A stretch of DNA of 63,887 nucleotides, filler included, from Octopus bimaculoides (Eukaryota): the NCBI RefSeq assembly GCF_001194135.2. It is 6 parts of 6 records of this genome, joined end to end, with 100 filler letters (N's around TTAATTAATTAA, not from the genome) between each part and the next. Parts side by side here need not be neighbours in the genome. Positions count along the whole stretch, not along the records: positions 36,186 to 55,492 come from NC_069005.1; 5 more parts are not named here. One strand, 5' to 3'. The position numbers were made by a program, and so were the translations under genes. The notes under the pieces are model-generated. The model was not told the origin of the DNA and ran no database searches. It saw only the letters and a program-made list of their open reading frames with translations. This document shows, piece after piece, positions 39,758-51,281 of this stretch (the stretch's first letter is position 1; every line of letters begins with the position of its first letter).

Positions 39758-42700
39758 NNNNNNNNNNNNNNNNNNNNNNNNNNNNNNNNNNNNNNNNNNN
39801 NNNNNNNNNNNNNNNNNNNNNNNNNNNNNNNNNNNNNNNNNNNNNNNNNNNNNNNNNNNNNNNNNNNNNNNNNNNNNNNNNNNNNNNNNNNNNNNNNNNN
39901 NNNNNNNNNNNNNNNNNNNNNNNNNNNNNNNNNNNNNNNNNNNNNNNNNNNNNNNNNNNNNNNNNNNNNNNNNNNNNNNNNNNNNNNNNNNNNNNNNNNN
40001 NNNNNNNNNNNNNNNNNNNNNNNNNNNNNNNNNNNNNNNNNNNNNNNNNNNNNNNNNNNNNNNNNNNNNNNNNNNNNNNNNNNNNNNNNNNNNNNNNNNN
40101 NNNNNNNNNNNNNNNNNNNNNNNNNNNNNNNNNNNNNNNNNNNNNNNNNNNNNNNNNNNNNNNNNNNNNNNNNNNNNNNNNNNNNNNNNNNNNNNNNNNN
40201 NNNNNNNNNNNNNNNNNNNNNNNNNNNNNNNNNNNNNNNNNNNNNNNNNNNNNNNNNNNNNNNNNNNNNNNNNNNNNNNNNNNNNNNNNNNNNNNNNNNN
40301 NNNNNNNNNNNNNNNNNNNNNNNNNNNNNNNNNNNNNNNNNNNNNNNNNNNNNNNNNNNNNNNATGAAAAAGTATGTATGTATGAGTAAAGAGAGTGAGA
40401 GAGTTCGTCTGAAAGAAGAGAATGCATATGTGTGAGAGAGAGAGAGTGTGTGTGTGTGTGTTTGCATGTGTGTGTGTGTTTGCATGTGTGTGTGTGTTAA
40501 ACGAGAGAGAGAGAGAGTATGTGTGTGTGTGTGTAAAATTATAGCATATACATCTGAAAGGAAATGTGTGTGTGTGTGTGTGTGTGTGTGGAAGAAAGAG
40601 AAAGAGAGAAGATAAGTCTATGAAGAAATGCTGGACTTGAGGAATATGATCAACACTCGTTTACCTTGGATGTGAACCTCCTCCTCATTGCCAAGATGAA
40701 GGTTCCGGCCTTGCATACGCTCCGTCTCTTCATCATTGAATTTATACCAAGCCTGGCTTGTCCGGTCCTTGATGTGAGCAATGTAGTGGCCACTATAAGC
40801 ACTGATGCCACGGTGGATGAGTACGGCACTTAAATCATACACAACAGGCTTCGATCCATCTGCCCCTAAACATGACAAGGACACAATAGAAGGGATTGGA
40901 TTTAGAAAAGAATTCAAGAAAAAAAAAATGAAAAAAAATAAAATAATAGATGCAGGCATAGTTGTGTGGTTAAGAAGTTCGCTTTGCAATCACAGGTTTT
41001 CAGGTTCAGTCCCACTGTGCAGCACCTTAGGCAATTTTAAATATCAAATGACAAGGAGGAGGCCATATGAGTGAAATAGGGAGGAAATCAGACAGCGAAG
41101 CCTGGTGCAGTCTTCTGCCTAGGGAAGAATTACTGAAGGCCAATCTCTAAATGCTGAACCTTATGAAGGTAATGACAGAGGACCAAGATATCTGGTGCAT
41201 TGCTGTACTTGAGAAAACCTGCCCACCACAACAGAACCGAGATCCTAAAACCAAGGTGCTACATAAAAAGCATTGGTGTAGGGGCTGGTGCTAGCACCCA
41301 GTACAGTCTGTAAGGAAGGGCATCTAGCTGTAGAAACCAAGCCAAAACAGACTATGAAACCTGGTGCAGCCCCTAGCCTTGCCAATTCCTGTCAAGCCAT
41401 CCAACCCATGCCAGCATGGAAAATGTTGATGATGATAATGATGATAGCTAGGTATAAAGTGGAGAACCGACAGAATTGTTAGGGACTTAGACAAAAATGT
41501 TTAGCAGCATTTCTTCCAGCTGTTTACATTCTGAGTTGAAATTTCATCAAGGTCACTTTTTGCCTTCCTTCCATCCATCCATCTCCTTAGGGGTTGATAT
41601 AATAAAGAACCAATCAAGTATTGAGGAGGGGAGGGGGTCAATGTAATCAATCAACTCCCCTTGGAAATTTGCTGGCCTTCAACCCTACAACAGATTGATA
41701 TCCTGTTTAGTGGGGAACGTTGTGGCCTTGGTCATTTACACACTATGGAGATCAGATAACTGGCCTTATGAGTACTGAGGCTTTTGAGAAAAAAACAAAT
41801 AGTATGGTACAGTGTGGCGTACAACTGCCGTGATGTAGCATGATAAATAGTGTGTACCATACAGTGTGGTATACAGTGTTATTTCTTTACTACCCACAAG
41901 GGGCTACACACAGAGGGGACAAACAAGGACAGACAAACAGATTAAGTCGATTATATCGACCCCAGTTCGTAACTGGTACTTATTTAATCGACCCCGAAAG
42001 GATGAAAGGCAAAGTCGACCTCGGCGGAATTTGAACTCAGAACGTAGCGGCAGATGAAATACCGCTAAGCATTTCGCCCGGCGTGCTAACGTTTCTGCCA
42101 GCTCGCCGTGTGGTGTACAGTGTGGCAACTCAAAGGGACAGCCTTGTCACGCTCTGTGTCACACTGAATCTCACTGAGAACTACGTTAATGGCATGTGTC
42201 TGTGGAATGCTCAGCCACTCACACATTAGTTTCACAAACACGCTGCTCTGTTGATCGGATCAACTGGAACTCTTCATAATTGTAATTGAGAGAGTGACAA
42301 TGAATTGTATAAAGTGCTGAGTTGTATGACACTACACTGTGCTACAGTGAAAGGGTGGCACAGCAAAGTAAAAGAATGAACCAAGGAAGATATTAACCTT
42401 ACCGGAATCTTTCAAATATTCCGTCATATCAAGCACCTCTGGGAACTGGATGTAGTTATTTAGCTTCTTCTTCTGACCGTTTTGTCTGCAAAATACAAAA
42501 ACACAAATTCAGATTTTTTCTGTTTGGATGGCTGAAGCAGCAGGATTTCCGTCGGATGAAAATAAAGTCTTTTATATTGTTCCAAAAGAAAAGCAAGTTC
42601 CTGAAAATTACAGCATGGCACACAACAATTTGGTGCTCTACCCACTCAGTTACTATAGACTTCATATCTTGGCAAATAAATGATTTCTTCATAAGATGAC

Positions 42701-44057
42701 ATGGTGAATTCTGTCCAACGATGAAAGAGAACTCAAGCAAATAAGAACTAGGAACTAATGAGAGAGAGCTGGAGCTAACGAGAGAGAGAGCTGGAGCTAA
42801 CGAGAGAGAGCTGGAGCTAATGAGGGAGTCCTCAGTCAAACCATCCAACCTATGCCAGCTTGGAAAGTGGACGTTAAAAGATGACAATGATGATGATGAT
42901 GAATATATATACACACACATATACATACACATAAACATGCACTCAAAGGCTTCATACAGTTTCCATCTCCCACCTTCATTTACAAAACATCAGTTGACAT
43001 CATGTGACATACAGACGATGGGCAAATGTTACAACAACAAACATCAAAAAGAAAAGAAGAAAAAAATCAAAACGGGCCCTAACAAAAATGTTGTTGCAGA
43101 CACCTGATGTAGGGGTTTCAGATGAATTCAAGGAAATGGTAGCTGTGTGGTGGGGCACTGATACTTGATACATAGTATTTTTGTGGAAAAAAAAGGAAAA
43201 AAAAAAAAAAAACCCATGCAGGAAAAAACTAAAGGAGATTACATACTTGTCAAAAACAAACCGAAGCAACTGTAGATTCAGAACTGGGGGTAACTTCTGC
43301 AGCTGGATGGTACGAATAGCATTCTGTTTGGTTTTGCAATGCGAACACATGTACTTGTTATCACCTTCCAGTTTCTCTTCCTGCAACAACCAAAATTAAT
43401 AAAAAAAAGAAAAAAGCAACATTAACAGTAATAACAACAAAGATTCCACAGGGAAGTCTTTATGTGATCACATGAATTGCTAGAAACAGTAGCCAAATCT
43501 TCCTCAAACCAAAATCTATTGTCTTAACAAAAACAAAAGGAAATACATGTCATGTAAGCATTATATATATGTGTGTGTATGTGTGTCACTGACATGGTGC
43601 TTTTTTACATGTCACTGGCACAGGTGCCTCTCACATGTCACTAGCATGGGTGCATGTCACAGGCACTCACTACAACTATGATTTCACTTAGCTTGACGTG
43701 CCTTCTCAAGCACAGCAAATCGCCAAAAGTCTCAATCACTTGTCATCACCTCTGTGAGACTCAATGTCTGAAGATCATGCTTCACCACCTTGTCCCACAT
43801 CTTCCTGGGTCTACTTCTTCCACAGGTTCCCTCCACAGTTAGAGATCGGCACGTCAAGAGATACTCTTTTACTTGTTTCAGTCATTTGACTGCGGCCATG
43901 CTGGAACACCGCCTTTAGTCGAGAAAATCGACCCCAGGACTTATTCTTCATAAGCCTAGTACTTATTCTATCGGTCTCTTTTTGCCGAACCGCTAAGTTA
44001 CAGGGATGTAAACACACCAGCATCGGTTGTCAAGCGATGATGGGGGGACAAACACAG

Positions 44058-44098
<41 letters not shown>

Positions 44099-47000
44099 NN
44101 NNNNNNNNNNNNNNNNNNNNNNNNNNNNNNNNNNNNNNNNNNNNNNNNNNNNNNNNNNNNNNNNNNNNNNNNNNNNNNNNNNNNNNNNNNNNNNNNNNNN
44201 NNNNNNNNNNNNNNNNNNNNNNNNNNNNNNNNNNNNNNNNNNNNNNNNNNNNNNNNNNNNNNNNNNNNNNNNNNNNNNNNNNNNNNNNNNNNNNNNNNNN
44301 NNNNNNNNNNNNNNNNNNNNNNNNNNNNNNNNNNNNNNNNNNNNNNNNNNNNNNNNNNNNNNNNNNNNNNNNNNNNNNNNNNNNNNNNNNNNNNNNNNNN
44401 NNNNNNNNNNNNNNNNNNNNNNNNNNNNNNNNNNNNNNNNNNNNNNNNNNNNNNNNNNNNNNNNNNNNNNNNNNNNNNNNNNNNNNNNNNNNNNNNNNNN
44501 NNNNNNNNNNNNNNNNNNNNNNNNNNNNNNNNNNNNNNNNNNNNNNNNNNNNNNNNNNNNNNNNNNNNNNNNNNNNNNNNNNNNNNNNNNNNNNNNNNNN
44601 NNNNNNNNNNNNNNNNNNNNNNNNNNNNNNNNNNNNNNNNNNNNNNNNNNNNNNNNNNNNNNNNNNNNNNNNNNNNNNNNNNNNNNNNNNNNNNNNNNNN
44701 NNNNNNNNNNNNNNNNNNNNNNNNNNNNNNNNNNNNNNNNNNNNNNNNNNNNNNNNNNNNNNNNNNNNNNNNNNNNNNNNNNNNNNNNNNNNNNNNNNNN
44801 NNNNNNNNNNNNNNNNNNNNNNNNNNNNNNNNNNNNNNNNNNNNNNNNNNNNNNNNNNNNNNNNNNNNNNNNNNNNNNNNNNNNNNNNNNNNNNNNNNNN
44901 NNNNNNNNNNNNNNNNNNNNNNNNNNNNNNNNNNNNNNNNNNNNNNNNNNNNNNNNNNNNNNNNNGTAGCTTTAGGATTTTGATCATCATCATCATCGTT
45001 TAAAGTCTGCCTTCCATGCTGGCATGGGTTGGACGGTTTGACAGGAACCACTCGGGTAGAAGACCACACCGGGCTACTTGCGTATGTTTCAACATAGGTT
45101 TTTACAGCTAGATGCCCTTCCTAACACCGACCACCCCACAGAGTGGCTTCAGCACAGGCGAGGTCAGTTTTATTGTGGTAACTTCATTTTTAGAATGATA
45201 CTGTAGGGTTGGTGTGAAAGACCAGATCTGGCTAGTTAAACCCTTTAGCATTCAGATTACTGTCAAATGTAATGCTTATTTATTCACACTGTTTTGAATT
45301 AATCCTGTATTATCATGTAACTTTGAGATTCAAATGATGTAATCATTTGTTTTTAGAATGACATTGTCAGGTAGGTGTGAGATGCCAGATATGGCCAGTT
45401 AAACACTTTAGCATTTAGAATACTCTGTCAAATGTAACACTTATTTATTCACATTGTTTTGAATTAATTAAGCATTATCTCATAGCTTTGAGATTTCTAT
45501 GATGTAGCTGTTTAACTTTTAGAATGGCATTGTCAAGTAAGTGCAAGAAGCTGGATCTGGTCAGTTTGAACACAAAACAGATGGAATATTTAGGCTGAAT
45601 ATGGCTTGGCTTGAATGCTAAGGGGGTCAAACATCAGACACATTGCTGTGAGAGATTTTTACCAAACTATCACATACACGCCATTGCAAGAAGCTTTCTT
45701 TTTTTATTTCTGTATTGCCTACAAGGGGCTAAACATAGAGGGGACAAACAAGGGATTATGTCGATAAGATTGACACCAGTGCGTAACTGGTACTTAATTT
45801 GTCGATCCCGAAAGGATGAAAAGCAAAGTTGACCTCGGCGGAATTTGAACTCAGAACGTAACAGCAGACGAAATACTTCTAAGCATTTCGCCCGGCGTGC
45901 TAACGTTTCTGCCAACTCGCCACCTTTTGCTAAACAATCCCCTACATTGCTATAAAGAGGTCTTTACTAAACTATCACATGCCTTATACTGACCGTCATC
46001 ACCCCAAACCACAGTAATGCTACCCCCAACACCACCACACGGTAGGGGACTGACCAACGGAAAAGACTTACCAAGTGATGTAGGCGTACTCTCCAGAGAA
46101 CTGCTCTTCTATGACGTTCTTGATGTTCGGATTGTCACTCTGCATTAGCGTTTCCTCCAACAGAGACAGGAACAACTTGGAGAACTCTTGGGCATCCTGT
46201 ACAGACACACAGACAGACAAGAGGAAATGGAATGAATGGGTAATGCACAACATCACAGAAGTTAATCGTAGTCAGAGAAAGACCGGTGGTGTTACATATT
46301 TATTTTTTTATTGCCTACAGGGGACTAAATACAGAGGGGACAAAGGAATTAAGTCAATTACATTGACCCCAGTACGTAACTGGTACTTATCTAATCGACG
46401 CCCCCGAAAGGATGAAAGGCAAAGTCTACCTCGGCGGAATTTGAACTCAGAACTCAGAAAATATCGCACACCCGAATATATGGTTTCATACGGGTTAGCT
46501 GATTAAGAACACAATCACCTGGCACTTACCTGTTGCTGAGCTGTGTTAAGACCAAGATGTTTGATGAAGTTACTGGGATCAATGTACCTGAGGTTAGATG
46601 AGGAAAATTATATTTAGATATGGAATTGAAAGTGTTATTGTGTATATGCATGTTTGTATATATGAAACTCTATGTCAATATACCGTGTTTAAGTTGATGA
46701 GTGTGTGTGTGTGTGTATGAGGGGGTACTGAAAAAATCCTGGTTTTAAGGGTATCACGAAAGGCCTGGTTGGAGGCCCAACCTTCTGAGTTCTTTTACAG
46801 GGCTTAGAAAAACTGAAGGACTGTTGCAATAAGTGAGTGAACCTAAAAAGGGGAATATGTTGAATAAAATCATAATTGACTGATCCTCCTGTATTTTCTT
46901 TTACCTAAAGCCAGGAACTTTACAGCACCCCTTCATATATGTATAGATGTGTGTATACATGTATGTGTGTGTATATATTTGTGTATATACAGATGTGTAT

Positions 47001-48039
47001 TAATACAGATGGGAGTGTAATGTCTTATGCCTCCTTCTTTTTAAAAGGTTTCAGAGATACATACACAAAACATAGATGAGAAATTATACACCCTACATCT
47101 ATTATATATAACTGAGTGTGGTGTACACGATCATTTACAAAATACAGTTTTGGAAAAAAAAAATGTAAAAAAGTTTAAAAAAGAAAAATATAAAGAAAAC
47201 AAGTAATATGTATTTGATAAATAAATAAATATAAAAGAAAAAAAAACAAAGAAAAATGTAAAGGACAAAAACAAGCAAAAAGAATATATAAAAGAAAAAA
47301 GTGAAAAAATTATGAAAAGAATTCAATAATCCTTTTTTTTTTCTTTAGTTTTAGCTCAGAGCTGCGGCCATGCTGATGCACCGCCGTTAAGAGATAACGT
47401 CTTCATGTTGTACATTATTTACATTTGACGGATATTTGTCCTCATCTTGTTTGTTAACACATTTTTTTGGCTGATATACTCTCCAGCCTTCATCAGGTAT
47501 TTTTCGATGTTATTATTATTATTATTATTATTCAGGTCACTGTCTGGAATCAAACTCAGAATCTTGGGGTTAGTAGCCCGCGAATAATAATAATAATAAT
47601 AATCCTTTCTACTATAGGCACAGAGGAGTCATAGCAGTCCTAATATTATCTATAATAACAATAATAATAATAATAATAATAAACAAAAAAGGGAGAAACA
47701 AGTGGTTTGGAGTTGACCTAGTGACTGACCTTTGTTTACTGAACTGTAACAGGGCAAATATCAATTGTAAATGACCACAAATTGTTGAAGGTGTCCAATC
47801 AGAATCTAGAATTATAAATTCATATATACATTTATATACATACATATATATATATATGGGTGATGTTAGGGTTGTTAAATTATAAAGTTACATACAACAA
47901 AAACAACAATAAAAAGTTATTGTTGAAAGGACCTCAATACGTTTAGAAGGGACCAAATCCTTACCACCTGATTTTTTAGGAAACAGGTTTTATGTTTTTC
48001 CAGCTCCATCACAGTCAGCATGTATGTATGTAGATATAT

Positions 48040-48072
<33 letters not shown>

Positions 48073-51000
48073 TCAAAGACTTTCCGTATTCCTGAGCGTC
48101 ATACTAATACATCCTTTTGTTATTTACACCACCTGTCCTCGTCTGTTGTTGTTTTTTCGTACATTCTCCCTCCTATATATATATATATATATATACGATA
48201 TATATACGAGGGGTTGCTGAAAATTTTCCTGGTTTTTGGTAAAAGAACATACTGGAGGATCAGTTAATTATGGTTTCATTCAACATATTTCCCTCTCAGA
48301 TTCACATATTTATTGCAGGGGGCCTTCAGAAGGTTGGGCCTCCCGTCTGGCCTTTCATGAAACCCTTACAGCCAAGAACATTTCAGCACACCCACCATAT
48401 ATATATATATATACATATACACACACACACTCAATATATATAAGAAAATACAGGCAGGTTAGTTAATTATGATTTTGTCAACATATTCCTCTCTCAGATT
48501 CACATACTTATTGCAGTAATCCTTCAGTTTTCCTCGGCCCATTTAAAAAACTCAGAAGGTTGGGCCTCCAACCAGGCCTTTTGTGTAACCCTTGAAACCA
48601 GGAACTTTATAGCACCCCCTTGAACACGCTGCAGGCATGCTTATAGAAGGACACAGATGCACACACAAATGCACATCGAAAAACACTCACATATATGCTC
48701 AAGTACACACAAGCATTCGCACACACACTCTGGTACCATGTTAAAAGCACCCAGCACACTCTGTGGAATGGTTGGCGTTAGAAAGGGCATCCAGCCATAG
48801 AAACCATACCAGAACAGACAATGGAGCCTGGTGTGGCCCCTGGCCTTACCAGCTCCTGTCAAACCAGCCAACCTCTACCAGCATGGAAAACCAATGTTAA
48901 AAGATGATGATGATGATGATGATGAAGAGGAACACACAAACTCATGCACACACACACATACATACATGCAGGCTAAAGCACACACAGACACATGCATGTA
49001 TGCTCAAACATACACACACACACACTATGATAAATACATAATCTCACCTGTGGGACTGTTGGGCGGTTGTTCTTCACGACTCCTCCATTGATAAACAGCT
49101 TTTCTCACTTGTTGGTTGTGGAACCATAGCTAACAAAACACAGAGCATAGCAATTAATTAAAAGTCTATTTATTTTCATTAAAATGTTTAATGACAATAG
49201 GCGCAGGTATGGCTGCGTGGTAAGCAGTTTGCTTCCCAACCACATGGTTCAGTCCAACCATTCAACCTATGCCAACATGGAAACCAGGCATTAAAGGATG
49301 ATGATGATGGGTATGTGGCTTCAACAAGGTTCCCACTGTTTAGCAAAACCCCAGCCAAGGGAACAGGTCTGGACAGATCAGCAGGGAAAGAAGATTCTAA
49401 TGGGCTTGGCTCCAGCCTGGTCTTGTGAGAGCGCACAGTAGCTGTAGCATGGCCAGTAGCATCCATATTGCACTGCATCGCTCGCTGTCACCAGTGGTGC
49501 TGTACACTCAAGGCTCATTGGTGGCAGCCAGCTGGTTTGGTGTTGTGAGTGCGTTTGGTAGGCAGAAACTGAAAGAAGCCTGAGCCTGTGATATACATGT
49601 GTGTGTGTGTGTTTGTGTGAATATATGTGTATGTGTCTCTCCTTGTCTGACATCACATGATAGTTGTAAATGAGTGTCACTATTCTGTGAGAAGATGTCC
49701 AGTTATAGGGAAATATTAACTTGCTTGGAAGCAGGTGAGTGATGGCAACAGGAAGGGCCTCCAGCCAGAGATTATCTGCCTCAAATTCCATCTGATCCAT
49801 GAAAGCATGGGAAATCATCATCGTTTAATGTCCGCTTTCCATGCTAGCATGGGTTGGACGATTTGACTGGCTACACCAGGCTCCAATCTGATCTGGCAGA
49901 GTTTCTTATTTCTTTACTGCCCACAGGGGGCTACACACAGAGGGGTCAAACAAGGACAGACAAATGGATTAAGTCGATTATATCGACCCCAGTGCATAAC
50001 TGGTACTAAATTTATCGACCCCGAAAGGATGAAAGGCAAAGTTGACCTCGGTGGAATTTGAACTCAGAACGTAACGGCAGATGAAATACCACTAAGCATT
50101 TCGCCCGGCATGCTAACGTTTCTGCCAGTTCGCCACCTTGATTTGGCAGAGTTTCTACAGCTGGATGCCCTTCCTAACNNNNNNNNNNNNNNNNNNNNNN
50201 NNNNNNNNNNNNNNNNNNNNNNNNNNNNNNNNNNNNNNNNNNNNNNNNNNNNNNNNNNNNNNNNNNNNNNNNNNNNNNNNNNNNNNNNNNNNNNNNNNNN
50301 NNNNNNNNNNNNNNNNNNNNNNNNNNNNNNNNNNNNNNNNNNNNNNNNNNNNNNNNNNNNNNNNNNNNNNNNNNNNNNNNNNNNNNNNNNNNNNNNNNNN
50401 NNNNNNNNNNNNNNNNNNNNNNNNNNNNNNNNNNNNNNNNNNNNNNNNNNNNNNNNNNNNNNNNNNNNNNNNNNNNNNNNNNNNNNNNNNNNNNNNNNNN
50501 NNNNNNNNNNNNNNNNNNNNNNNNNNNNNNNNNNNNNNNNNNNNNNNNNNNNNNNNNNNNNNNNNNNNNNNNNNNNNNNNNNNNNNNNNNNNNNNNNNNN
50601 NNNNNNNNNNNNNNNNNNNNNNNNNNNNNNNNNNNNNNNNNNNNNNNNNNNNNNNNNNNNNNNNNNNNNNNNNNNNNNNNNNNNNNNNNNNNNNNNNNNN
50701 NNNNNNNNNNNNNNNNNNNNNNNNNNNNNNNNNNNNNNNNNNNNNNNNNNNNNNNNNNNNNNNNNNNNNNNNNNNNNNNNNNNNNNNNNNNNNNNNNNNN
50801 NNNNNNNNNNNNNNNNNNNNNNNNNNNNNNNNNNNNNNNNNNNNNNNNNNNNNNNNNNNNNNNNNNNNNNNNNNNNNNNNNNNNNNNNNNNNNNNNNNNN
50901 NNNNNNNNNNNNNNNNNNNNNNNNNNNNNNNNNNNNNNNNNNNNNNNNNNNNNNNNNNNNNNNNNNNNNNNNNNNNNNNNNNNNNNNNNNNNNNNNNNNN

Positions 51001-51236
51001 NNNNNNNNNNNNNNNNNNNNNNNNNNNNNNNNNNNNNNNNNNNNNNNNNNNNNNNNNNNNNNNNNNNGCCATCCATTTTTATTTTATTTTATTTTATATT
51101 ATATATTGTATATTATATTATATATTGTATATTCCATATTCTATACCCCACATTGGTTCTGCAGGAATATAAATAAAACATAAAAAACAGACAGTGTTGG
51201 ATCTCTTTTAAACTAAATAAAATATATATATATATA

Positions 51237-51281
<45 letters not shown>

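Noticed and set aside
1693-51183. Long ORFs of 230-410 aa in the ORF track
   Set aside because: They are mostly X from N gaps, flanked by microsatellite translations.
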